Source of the DNA: a virus
Taxonomy: Duplodnaviria; Heunggongvirae; Uroviricota; Caudoviricetes
Length of the DNA: 60,485 bases
Virus record (IMG/VR): IMGVR_UViG_2671181056_000013
Span: 1-60,485 of that record
Direction: 5' to 3' (one strand)
Shown here: one piece after another, positions 19,141 through 28,167 of the stretch
Position numbering within the stretch: the stretch's first letter is position 1
How the letters are laid out: every line of letters starts with the position of its first letter
Notes under the pieces: generated by a model
Told to the model about the DNA's origin: nothing
The model's database searches: none
What the model saw: the letters and a program-made list of their open reading frames with translations, nothing else
Translations under genes and position numbers: made by a program

Positions 19141-19437
19141 GATTTTATTCCTTAGTATAAATATTAAAATTTAACTCAAGAAAGAAAGTGTTTTGCACTC
19201 GTTCCTGATGCGTTCAATTATCGATACGCGAAAAAAGATTGCAAGTGTTTTTTTAAGTTTTTTTGCAGGGATGAAAGTCCTAGAAATAAATGTTAGATCG
19301 TCGAGGGTGTTCCCTAAATAAATAATCGATTCCGGCTTTAGACCTTATATATTTATACGGGGTAGAATTGAAAGAGTATAAAATGAATGGCATGTAAAAT
19401 AATAACCGGACTTAGCCGGTTATTACCCTTATAGAAA

Positions 19438-19959
19438 TTAAAACGGAAGGATTCGTTCAACCCAATCGAAGAAAATAAGTATTTTTCTACCGTCTTCCAA
19501 CTTAAGTGTGACTAGACAGGCGTCAACGCCATCTGACGTTCCCTCAATTTCGCGACCGTCTGCCATGTAGACCCTTATAGATTTGCCGTTTTGGTAAGCC
19601 TGACGACATATCTTAAAAAAGTCACGACGTGATGGCTGATTAACCATCTGTTCATTGTTTAGCGTTAGTCGACCTGTGAATGAAGTGTCAACCTCTTCTA
19701 TGCCCGACTCAATTGTGCTAATGCGCTCAAGAGGGAGCCTTATACGATTTGTGTTGCTAAGCGGATCTGGTGTGAGGTTCAGCTTATTTCTTGCGCTCAA
19801 TAGCCCGTAGACATACATGCAAAACACTTGGCCGTCTTCGAGAGTGACTCTTACAGGAAATTTTGCACTCCGCCAGAAGAGCAAGGTACGTTCAGCATGT
19901 TCGTAGTCTCGCGGCCATACTTCAGCCGGTATGCCGTAGGTGATGTCCAATGTTCTCAT
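19438..19959 (-). CDS. hypothetical cytoplasmic protein (173 aa), translationally coupled to the upstream secreted protein
   Basis: ATGA overlap with the 19956-20549 ORF; a hairpin plus T-run terminator at 19396-19424 on the minus strand. Confidence 0.6.
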   Translation of the reverse strand: MRTLDITYGIPAEVWPRDYEHAERTLLFWRSAKFPVRVTLEDGQVFCMYVYGLLSARNKLNLTPDPLSNTNRIRLPLERISTIESGIEEVDTSFTGRLTLNNEQMVNQPSRRDFFKICRQAYQNGKSIRVYMADGREIEGTSDGVDACLVTLKLEDGRKILIFFDWVERILPF

Positions 19960-20549
19960 TCTGATACTCTTAGAGGTGTTTTCAGCAACCCAAATTTAAA
20001 TTCTTTGTTACCAACGACAAAGAAGGGAACCTCAACATAGATTTTTTTATCGACGGATTTAGAGTTCGCTGTTTTCTGTATGTCACGAACGATACGTTTT
20101 GAGGTATTTTCATCGATAAACAATACCTTTCCACTTGTATTCCCTTCAGCCTTGGCGTAAGTAACGATAGGCTCTTCATTGCCAACCCTAATGTTTACTT
20201 GGCAACCTGTTGTAGCCATTTCATCACAGTAAAGTGTGCCGTCTTGAACTTCCAAAACAATTCCAGATGGCTTCATGGCTTCGTCAGAGCTTACATTAAC
20301 GTTTTCTGGTACAGCGGTTCCGTTAATTTGCAACCGTAATCTTTCTTTTCCTGCATTAAGTATTGTTTCTTCTGCGTTATCTGAGAATCTGAACCAGACT
20401 GGTTGAATCAGACCTCGTGATTCGTATTTTAGTACGTCTTCAGAAGTATACATGCTGTACGTTTTTTGCATGTCGGAGACGATATCTGACAACGCATTGG
20501 CGGAAAATGACGAGAGGTATATACAAGCAAGAAGTAACGAACGTTTCAT
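19956..20549 (-). CDS. secreted or periplasmic protein (197 aa) with N-terminal signal peptide
   Basis: MKRSLLLACIYLSSFSANA-LSD looks like a signal peptide with an AxA cleavage site; own promoter region at 20550-20650. Confidence 0.6.
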   Translation of the reverse strand: MKRSLLLACIYLSSFSANALSDIVSDMQKTYSMYTSEDVLKYESRGLIQPVWFRFSDNAEETILNAGKERLRLQINGTAVPENVNVSSDEAMKPSGIVLEVQDGTLYCDEMATTGCQVNIRVGNEEPIVTYAKAEGNTSGKVLFIDENTSKRIVRDIQKTANSKSVDKKIYVEVPFFVVGNKEFKFGLLKTPLRVSE

Positions 20550-20730
20550 TTTTATACAGCGATTATTGCAAAGTAGAATTATAAATATCCAATAGTCTCA
20601 AACGATAAGTTTTCAACTGTAAATAGCAGACGTGTTTTCTCTAAAAGCTGTGCGGCAAAGGCGTTGTTGCCGCACTCTGTCTATTAGCTCTTCAAGTCTG
20701 GCAATTCTGAAATTGACTAAGAATCCAATA

Positions 20731-21009
20731 TTACGGCAGTTTGCTTAGAATTTGCTCTAAATCTTCCTTTGTCATATTAGAGTTCTCATAGATGCGCATG
20801 ATTTTCTCACGAGCCTTAGCAGAGACTCCAACGGCAGATGAAACTTTGTCAAATTCAGCCATCGTCATCGTCTCCAGAATGGTATTGATAACTTCAGCCT
20901 TAGACATTTTGATGTTTTTTTCTTTTAGTTTCATTTGAAACTTTCCAAGTTTGTCATTGGCCTTATCGGACAATGCCACCTGACAATAAGTTGTTTTCTT
21001 TTCGCTCAT
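20731..21009 (-). CDS. hypothetical small protein (92 aa)
   Basis: ORF immediately downstream of the helicase gene (3-nt gap); a hairpin terminator follows on the minus strand at 20650-20675. Confidence 0.5.
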   Translation of the reverse strand: MSEKKTTYCQVALSDKANDKLGKFQMKLKEKNIKMSKAEVINTILETMTMAEFDKVSSAVGVSAKAREKIMRIYENSNMTKEDLEQILSKLP

Positions 21010-21011
21010 AA

Positions 21012-22571
21012 CTAATCTCGTTTCAGAACTCCAAAATCGAATGCGCCATCAATAGGCAATACACCTTCTGCAAAGCCAGGTGTGGTGTCGATGATGTGTT
21101 TTCGCTCATAAGAGTGAGACAACAGGTATTTGTTGCTAATGTCAATGAAATCAGTGATAAAACACACGTTTGCCTGATTCTTCTTGGCTCGTAAGCCACG
21201 ACCGACACGCTGCCTCATTTCAACTTCTGCTTTCCCACCACCAGCAAGAATGACCGCACCAACGCTTGGCACATCAACACCGACATCCAGAATAGTCGAG
21301 CCTATTAAAACATCTATTTCTCCAGACGCTAAACTGTTCAGCTTTGCTTGCCTTGTCGCCTGGTTAGATTCCCCATAGATGAAGTCAACTCTAAGGCCGG
21401 ACTCTTTCATCATTTCCATCAGGATTTGCCCGTGGCGTTTAAGGCGAACCAGAGTCATACAATTGAGAGAATGTTGCTTATAGAGCAATGCTTCGCGCAC
21501 AATGGCCTCGTTACGTCCCAAATTATACACGATCCCCAACTGATAAGCCTTTTGGTAGGCGGTGCTCATACCAACTCTAAAATTGAGGTGTTTGTTGGCA
21601 AGTTCGGCCTTGATTCTGGCCTCGTCTGGCTTGTAGGCAACTTTATGATAAAGGAAGTACGGCTTTGCCAGAATGCCTCGATCAATCAGATACTTTTCTG
21701 TGACTTTAATTTCAATTCGCCCGGCCACCGCCATCAGGCGCATGTTGGCTTCCGTCGAATCCTTCATGAACGGCGTGGCTGTAAGCGCCAGACGATAGTC
21801 TGCGTTCACACATAATCTGGCGATGTCATAGAAATTTGAGCCTGAAGACTCATGCGCCTCTTCCAGAATAAGAAGAGAGACACTTGAAAGGAAGCGTTTC
21901 ACCAACTCCCGACGTTTGAGGTGGTAGCTTTTCTTATCTGGTGTTGCATCGCGTGGTGGTTCTTCGAGGAAACTTGCAAGAGTTTGAACTGTAGCGACGT
22001 TGATATGTCGTGATACCTGGAACTCACCCGAGCCAATGACTCCAACCTTTTGGTCTTTTAACCACGGTTCGCCATTTTTGGCGCGGTAGTCGATGGATCT
22101 CTGGAAGTTTTCGGCCATTTGAAACATCAGAACAGAGCGGGTTGTTAAAAATAATGTCATTCGACCGATACGTGCAGCTGCTTTGCAGGCAACGTTAGAT
22201 TTCCCGCCACCAGTAGCGATCTGCGCAATCATCATTCCCTCTCGAACCAGTGTTTCCACAGTCTGATCCTGATACGCATAATCAGGATTGTATGGGAATG
22301 GGTTAACCGCCGGATTTGGTTTACCAAGCGCCGGGGCTTTGTCTTTGCGGATATGAACACATTTGATGCCCGCCTTGTTCAAATTAGCCGCCACGGGCTT
22401 GGCAAAGCCAGCAGGGAACGAGTTTTTGCTCCAGTTGAACATTGTGCTTGTGCCCTTCCAGTCGCCAGCCTCGACTTCGTAGCTCAACATTTGCTGCACC
22501 AGTTGCTTTACCTTGTCATCTGCGCCAGAAATAAGCGCATTTACTGCGTTAGATACAATCCGAACAGTCAT
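21012..22571 (-). CDS. SF2 (DEAD/DEAH-box-like) helicase
   Basis: Walker A ATGGGKS, motif II LEEAHE, motif III TAT and motif VI QRVGRGLR are all present. Confidence 0.85.
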   Translation of the reverse strand: MTVRIVSNAVNALISGADDKVKQLVQQMLSYEVEAGDWKGTSTMFNWSKNSFPAGFAKPVAANLNKAGIKCVHIRKDKAPALGKPNPAVNPFPYNPDYAYQDQTVETLVREGMMIAQIATGGGKSNVACKAAARIGRMTLFLTTRSVLMFQMAENFQRSIDYRAKNGEPWLKDQKVGVIGSGEFQVSRHINVATVQTLASFLEEPPRDATPDKKSYHLKRRELVKRFLSSVSLLILEEAHESSGSNFYDIARLCVNADYRLALTATPFMKDSTEANMRLMAVAGRIEIKVTEKYLIDRGILAKPYFLYHKVAYKPDEARIKAELANKHLNFRVGMSTAYQKAYQLGIVYNLGRNEAIVREALLYKQHSLNCMTLVRLKRHGQILMEMMKESGLRVDFIYGESNQATRQAKLNSLASGEIDVLIGSTILDVGVDVPSVGAVILAGGGKAEVEMRQRVGRGLRAKKNQANVCFITDFIDISNKYLLSHSYERKHIIDTTPGFAEGVLPIDGAFDFGVLKRD

Positions 22572-22635
22572 AAACCTCTTTCCTTAGTGCCTTTTGTATG
22601 TTATTTGGCTATTATAATAAGTAAGTGATTACTTA

Positions 22636-23334
22636 GTGGATTGTAGCAATAAAATGGACGTAAAAATCACGATTTTGCAGGTTGATGTTGCCAACCTTCG
22701 CCCGAATACCTGGAACACCAATTCGGTTGGTGCGCAGAATTTCGAAAAACTGAAAGGTTCTATCGAAAAATTGGGCTTTTTTAAGCCAATTTTGGCTCGT
22801 GAACTTGAAGATGGATTTTTTGAAATCCTCGGCGGCGAACATCGCTGGCGTGCCGCTATTGAGCAAGGAATTTCAACGGTTCCAGTGCTTTCTGTGGGCA
22901 AAATTAGCGATGTCGTAGCTAAACAGATGTCACTGGTGGACAACGAGCGATACGGTGAAGACGACCAAATCGCATTGCAACGCTTCATTGAAGAAATTCA
23001 GTCAGAACTTGACTATCAACTGTCTGAAATCGCCCCGTATGACGACGAAATCTCGATGGTTTTAGCAAAAGAGGCGGCAATCGACCTTGAAGCACTGGAG
23101 GCGTTGTCTCGTGGTAGTGATGAGCCTGTCGATACCGACAAACGAGAGAAAACCGAACGTGTGGGGGCGGAACATCAGACCATGCGCTTCAAAGTAACTT
23201 TCGATGCGTCAGATCGTGTTGCAGAAACCATAAAAAACATCATCAAAGAGCAGGCTATTAACACCGGTAATGAAATGGAGAACGCTGGTGAGGCTCTGGT
23301 GTGGCTGGTCGACTACTACAAGGAGCGTATGTAA
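22636..23334 (+). CDS. ParB/Srx-fold N-terminal-domain protein (ParB-like nuclease domain)
   Basis: GGEHRWRAA motif typical of the ParB N-terminal domain; the true start may be the ATG at 22654. Confidence 0.7.
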   Translation: MDCSNKMDVKITILQVDVANLRPNTWNTNSVGAQNFEKLKGSIEKLGFFKPILARELEDGFFEILGGEHRWRAAIEQGISTVPVLSVGKISDVVAKQMSLVDNERYGEDDQIALQRFIEEIQSELDYQLSEIAPYDDEISMVLAKEAAIDLEALEALSRGSDEPVDTDKREKTERVGAEHQTMRFKVTFDASDRVAETIKNIIKEQAINTGNEMENAGEALVWLVDYYKERM

Positions 23335-24002
23335 TGACCAAAAAGTTTGAAATCGTATATCGCGACCCGGCAGATCTTATTCCCTATGAGATGAATGCCA
23401 AAAAGCATGATGAACAGCAGATCAGAGATCTGGCCGCAGCCATTAAAAAGCGCGGATTTGACCAGCCAATTACGGTCGATAAGAACGACGTAATTATTAC
23501 TGGCCACGGCCGTCGTGAGGCTGCAATTTTTGCTGGACTTGAGCGTGTACCGGTTATTGTTCGCGATGATCTCAGTGATGACGAGGTTCGTGCGAAGCGC
23601 CTTGAAGATAACCGACTTGCCAGCATTGATTACGATGCAATTAAGCTACAGAAAGAGCTTGAGTCGCTTGTTCTGGACGATATCGAGGTTTTCGGCTTCG
23701 AAGAGCGTGAGTTGAATGTTCTCGTTGGCAGTATGACAGAAGAAATGGACACCGACTCGCTAGTTATCGATCTTGGCGAAGAAACTAAACGACAGAAGGA
23801 TGAACACACCGAGATCAGTCGTGAAGTTGCAGCGGAAGAAGTACGTGTTGTCGACGTATTGGGCTTTAAAACGCTTCCTGCTGGCTCTGCCATTGTTGTT
23901 GGTGATTTGCTTGCCCACATGGAAGAAATGACGGGAGAAAGCGGGGTAGACGCATTTGTGGCATATGCGGAGAAAATCTCTTCCGGGGAGATGGCTGCAT
24001 GA
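23334..24002 (+). CDS. second ParB-like N-terminal-domain protein
   Basis: ITGHGRREAA motif; start overlaps the previous stop (TAATG). Confidence 0.7.
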   Translation: MTKKFEIVYRDPADLIPYEMNAKKHDEQQIRDLAAAIKKRGFDQPITVDKNDVIITGHGRREAAIFAGLERVPVIVRDDLSDDEVRAKRLEDNRLASIDYDAIKLQKELESLVLDDIEVFGFEERELNVLVGSMTEEMDTDSLVIDLGEETKRQKDEHTEISREVAAEEVRVVDVLGFKTLPAGSAIVVGDLLAHMEEMTGESGVDAFVAYAEKISSGEMAA

Positions 24003-24637
24003 GCAAATACATCATCAACGTATCGTTTCAGACACGCGTAAATAAAACCACGCGCACGTTGGAAATCGCTGAGTCGTTCGGGCTTGGCCTGGACGAAAAA
24101 GAGTGGACGCTTTACGACAATCTGGAGCTGGAAGTGAAGCAGGGCGATGTGGTGTACATCACCGGCCAATCCGGTTCCGGCAAATCCGTTGTGCTGCGCG
24201 AGTTGCAACGACAGATGAAGGATGAAGGGCTGTCTGTAGCCTCCATCGATGATTTTACCTTCGATAATGAGGTTAACGTCATCGATCAGTTGGGCAAAAC
24301 GACCAGTGATGCGCTTGGGTTGTTATCTATGGCTGGTCTGAACGATGCATATCTGTTTGTTCGCAAGCCTTCTGAAATGTCAGACGGCCAGAAATATCGT
24401 CTCAAGATTGCCAAACTGATTGAGTCAGGCGCTAAAGTATGGGCTGCTGACGAGTTCGGCGCTGTTCTAGACCGTGTAACCGCTCAGGTTGTGGCGTCTA
24501 ACCTCCAGCGTGCCGCTCGAAAGGTTGGTGCGACGGTAATGGTGGCGACGACTCACGAAGACCTGAAGAACGCGCTGCGCCCGGATATGCAGATCACCAA
24601 GCACTACAAAGAACGCGTGAAGGTGGAATATGCCTGA
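23999..24637 (+). CDS. ABC-type ATPase (no transmembrane domain)
   Basis: Walker A GQSGSGKS, signature-like MSDGQKYRL, Walker B AADEFGA and H-loop TTHE. Confidence 0.7.
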   Translation: MSKYIINVSFQTRVNKTTRTLEIAESFGLGLDEKEWTLYDNLELEVKQGDVVYITGQSGSGKSVVLRELQRQMKDEGLSVASIDDFTFDNEVNVIDQLGKTTSDALGLLSMAGLNDAYLFVRKPSEMSDGQKYRLKIAKLIESGAKVWAADEFGAVLDRVTAQVVASNLQRAARKVGATVMVATTHEDLKNALRPDMQITKHYKERVKVEYA

Positions 24638-24884
24638 TTTGAAGATCGTAGAGCTGAAGCCATCGAAAGAGACTGATAACAACAACGTGGAAGTCATCCG
24701 CCTGCTGGAAGAAGCACTTCAGCACGCCAGAGAAGGAAAAAGCCAGAGCCTGGCGCTGTTGATGATCAACAACGACGGCAGTGTTCTTGATTGCTGGCAT
24801 AACGGCGGGCGCCCGTATGTCATGGTAGGGGCGATGGAGTCTCTTCGCCTGGATTTCATCAATGCCAATATCGAGCGCAGGTGA
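24630..24884 (+). CDS. hypothetical protein (84 aa)
   Basis: ORF overlapping its neighbours by 8 and 4 nt, suggesting operon membership. Confidence 0.5.
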   Translation: MPDLKIVELKPSKETDNNNVEVIRLLEEALQHAREGKSQSLALLMINNDGSVLDCWHNGGRPYVMVGAMESLRLDFINANIERR

Positions 24885-25780
24885 TCGACATGGCAGATAT
24901 CATCATCAAACGCTACCGCCCTGAAGAGTTTCCGCGTCATCTGGACTTTCTGGAGCGAATGACTGTCACAAAGGGAACTGTAGAGGACTGGCACGCTCTT
25001 AAGTCGCTTCACTACAAAACAGACGGCAAACCTTTCGCGCCAACTTACTATCGCTGCGAACTTGATGACCGTCTGGTGGGCGTCGTGGTTATGGCTTACC
25101 CGAAACTACTGTTGGCACCTCGCCACCGCATGTTTCCTAAGTTGAAACCAACCACTAATACCACCGTAGCTAACCAGTACTGGGGTCGGTACGTGAATAA
25201 CAACTTTGCGGTGATCAGTCGCTCAGTTGTGGATACTCAGTATCGTGGCGTAGGCGTCTCTTATCGAATGATTAACCTGGTTAGCAGGATGCATGACCGG
25301 CCAATCATTGAGATCCAGTCCTCGATGAGCAAATACAATCCCTTCGCCATGAAAGCAGGGTTTAAGTTCATCCGCCCTGAGCGACCGAAGAGCTATGAAA
25401 GTGCACTGCGTGTATTCCAGCGCCATTTCCGTTCCGACCCTGGTGATAACGAGGCGATCGTCAAAGAGTTGTTCGCAATGAGCGAGTCTCGTCGTCGCCG
25501 TGCACTGCGTGATCTGGTGGCGGACTACCACAAGAACAGTTCCCTGGCAAAAGCTGGGCGGAATCGTGGCACGACGATTCAGGACATTGCCGACAGTCTG
25601 GTGGACGAGGCCAGCATTGTGAAGCTGCTCAAGGACATTCACAACCTGAGCTTTACGTCTCCGTTGTATGGTGTGTACCGAAACCCTGACTTTGGTCGTC
25701 GACTGCCTGACACGCTGCCACTGCTGGCATTCGACAAACAACCTTTGGATAAACCGTTAGAAATTGCTTTACCGGCATAA
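24881..25780 (+). CDS. hypothetical protein (299 aa) with a possible GNAT-like acyltransferase core
   Basis: Q-Y-R-G-V-G-V resembles the GNAT motif A (Q/RxxGxG/A); assignment is tentative. Confidence 0.4.
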   Translation: MIDMADIIIKRYRPEEFPRHLDFLERMTVTKGTVEDWHALKSLHYKTDGKPFAPTYYRCELDDRLVGVVVMAYPKLLLAPRHRMFPKLKPTTNTTVANQYWGRYVNNNFAVISRSVVDTQYRGVGVSYRMINLVSRMHDRPIIEIQSSMSKYNPFAMKAGFKFIRPERPKSYESALRVFQRHFRSDPGDNEAIVKELFAMSESRRRRALRDLVADYHKNSSLAKAGRNRGTTIQDIADSLVDEASIVKLLKDIHNLSFTSPLYGVYRNPDFGRRLPDTLPLLAFDKQPLDKPLEIALPA

Positions 25781-25789
25781 GGATTTGCC

Positions 25790-26056
25790 ATGACGTTAAC
25801 CGACAAACAAAAGGACATCATCAAAACGCTCAATCTCGGTTATGAGCGAGGTCATCTACTTGATCTGGACGAATTGCTTGAAGTTTTGCCGTACAAGACA
25901 ACCAAGCAAAGCATCCAGTTCTCAATTCGCGCTCTGATAAAAAAGGGGCTGGTGGAGAAAGGACATACGCGCCAACGCAGTGACAATCGCTATCACCGCC
26001 GGACTCTTGGGTTAACCACTTTAGGTCGAGCCAAAGCGAAGTTACTGGTGATGTAA
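25790..26056 (+). CDS. small basic protein (88 aa), possible DNA-binding regulator
   Basis: Basic C-terminus; followed by the long palindrome at 26081. Confidence 0.4.
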   Translation: MTLTDKQKDIIKTLNLGYERGHLLDLDELLEVLPYKTTKQSIQFSIRALIKKGLVEKGHTRQRSDNRYHRRTLGLTTLGRAKAKLLVM

Positions 26057-26080
26057 TCGGTCTGGGAGCTTATTTAAAGA

Positions 26081-26135
26081 CCTGCTTCTGTATATATAAA
26101 TAATAAGTAACTTATTAAATATATACAGAAGCAGG
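26081..26135. repeat. 55-bp imperfect palindrome with 17-bp perfect arms (CCTGCTTCTGTATATAT ... ATATATACAGAAGCAGG), copy 1
   Basis: Read directly; outer arms GGTCTGGG / CCCAGACC extend the symmetry to about 100 bp. A second copy lies at 56965-57017. Confidence 0.7.
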
Positions 26136-26252
26136 CTTAGTAAGACATGCCCAGACCTAATTAAACACCCCAGAAAACAAGTTGGTTAGCATATGCAGTA
26201 AACAAGTTGTTTTAGAGCGCATGGACGCGCTCTGTGTGTTTTAGAGGGATCT

Positions 26253-26885
26253 ATGACGGTCGAAAAAGACGAGGTAAAAACTCGCCTGACACCAGCGGAG
26301 TGGGCCGAAGCTGAAGCCAAATGGACGTCAGGCGAATATACACTCTCAAAGCTGGAGGAAGAGTACGGCATTCGTCGTGAAACACTCTCCAGACATTTCA
26401 AAAAGCGAGGATTAGAGAAAGGCGCGGACTCTGTTGGGAAGATGGTTCGTGAGTCTCTTAAATCTGACGCAGAGCTTCGCGCTAAAGCCCGTGCGGAAAA
26501 GATAGAAGAACGTCGTACACGTTATGACGGCTGGGCGTATGCGTTGGGGCAGATGGTGATGGTCGAAGTCACTACGGCCAAACGTGAGGGTAAGCCTTTA
26601 GGGGCGATTGAGGATTCTCTCAAGAGCTTACAGAGAGCCAGTAATACTCTTGCAAAATGCTTTGAAGTTTCGTCCAAAGCATTGGGCATGGATCATGCGG
26701 AAAATGACGAGGAAGAAATTCCGAACCTGGTATTTGGTGAGCTTACGCCTTCCCAGGTGGCGAAATTACGTCAGGAAGACGACGAGCCTGAAATCATCGA
26801 TGACGAATTGCTTGAGACGTTGGAAGAAGAAGCTCTAAGCGAATTTGATGCGACAGATGATGGAAGTGAAGGGGAGGACGAATAA
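26253..26885 (+). CDS. putative terminase small subunit
   Basis: Directly upstream of, and abutting, the large terminase; 210 aa with acidic C-terminus. Call rests on position. Confidence 0.55.
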   Translation: MTVEKDEVKTRLTPAEWAEAEAKWTSGEYTLSKLEEEYGIRRETLSRHFKKRGLEKGADSVGKMVRESLKSDAELRAKARAEKIEERRTRYDGWAYALGQMVMVEVTTAKREGKPLGAIEDSLKSLQRASNTLAKCFEVSSKALGMDHAENDEEEIPNLVFGELTPSQVAKLRQEDDEPEIIDDELLETLEEEALSEFDATDDGSEGEDE

Positions 26886-28141
26886 TGGCAATCCCGTCCT
26901 CGCTCAGTCTTGTGCAACTGCATTCTGGACAGATGAAAGTCTTCCAGTCTCCGCATCGATTTAAAGTTGTTTGTGCTGGTCGACGCTGGGGAAAATCCCG
27001 GTTGTCGATCTCCACTATTATTCGTGCGGCGGCAAAGGAAAAAAAGCAAAGAGTCTGGTATGTCGCTCCTACTTACCAGATGGCTCGCCAGATTTTGTGG
27101 GACGATCTACAGGAAGTTCTGCCTCGTAAGTGGGTTAGGAAAAAGAACGACACCACGATGACAATCGTGTTGAAGAACGGTTCGGAGATCGCCCTCAAAG
27201 GTGCTGATAAGCCTGACACTCTGCGCGGCGTAGCGTTGCATTTTGTAGTGCTTGATGAATTTCAGGATATGAAGGCTGACACCTGGTACAAGGTGTTACG
27301 ACCTACTCTTTCATCGACACGCGGCGGTGCACTGATCATTGGTACGCCAAAAGGCTTCTCGGAATTTCACAAACTGTGGACTATAGGCCAGAACGTAGAG
27401 CTGCAAAGAAAGGGACAGTGGAAGAGCTGGCAGTTTGTAACTGCCGATTCTCCGTTTGTACCTACGGCGGAAATTGAAGCTGCTAAGAACGATATGGACC
27501 CGAAATCGTTCGCTCAGGAGTACCTGGCGAGCTTTGAGAACATGTCCGGGCGCGTTTACTACCCGTTCGATCGTAACGTGCATGTAAAACCGCTTCAGTT
27601 CAACCCTCGGTTGCCTATATGGGTAGGGCAGGACTTCAACATTGACCCGATGTCTTCAGTAATTTTGCAACCTCAGCCAAATGGTGAGCTATGGGCAATT
27701 GATGAATTGGTGCTCTTTTCCTCTAACACGGCAGAAGTTTGTGATGAGCTTGAGAGACGCTTCTGGCGCTGGAAATCACAGGTAACGGTATTTCCAGATC
27801 CGGCAGGTGCTTATCGCCAACATGCTCGTGGGGAGTCTGACGTAGACATATTCAAAGAGAAGGGATTCTTACGTGTCGATTATTCGAAAAAGCACCCGCC
27901 AATTGCGGATCGTGTTAATGCTGTTAACCGAATGCTGATGTCCGCATCTGGAGATATCCGGCTGTATATCGATCCGAAGTGCAAGCATTTGATTGATTCA
28001 CTGGAAAAAGTCATCTACAAGCCTGGAACACGAGATATGGATAAGACAGGTGGCATTGAGCATAGTGCAGACGCATTGGGCTATCCAGTACATCGTAGGT
28101 ATCCAGTAAAAAATCGTGTTATTCTTGGTGGTTCTCGATAG
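26885..28141 (+). CDS. terminase large subunit
   Basis: Walker A AGRRWGKS and Walker B VVLDEF in the N-terminal ATPase; nuclease-like C-terminal half. Confidence 0.85.
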   Translation: MAIPSSLSLVQLHSGQMKVFQSPHRFKVVCAGRRWGKSRLSISTIIRAAAKEKKQRVWYVAPTYQMARQILWDDLQEVLPRKWVRKKNDTTMTIVLKNGSEIALKGADKPDTLRGVALHFVVLDEFQDMKADTWYKVLRPTLSSTRGGALIIGTPKGFSEFHKLWTIGQNVELQRKGQWKSWQFVTADSPFVPTAEIEAAKNDMDPKSFAQEYLASFENMSGRVYYPFDRNVHVKPLQFNPRLPIWVGQDFNIDPMSSVILQPQPNGELWAIDELVLFSSNTAEVCDELERRFWRWKSQVTVFPDPAGAYRQHARGESDVDIFKEKGFLRVDYSKKHPPIADRVNAVNRMLMSASGDIRLYIDPKCKHLIDSLEKVIYKPGTRDMDKTGGIEHSADALGYPVHRRYPVKNRVILGGSR

Positions 28142-28167
28142 GTAAGTAATTATCTAAGGTTATTCAA

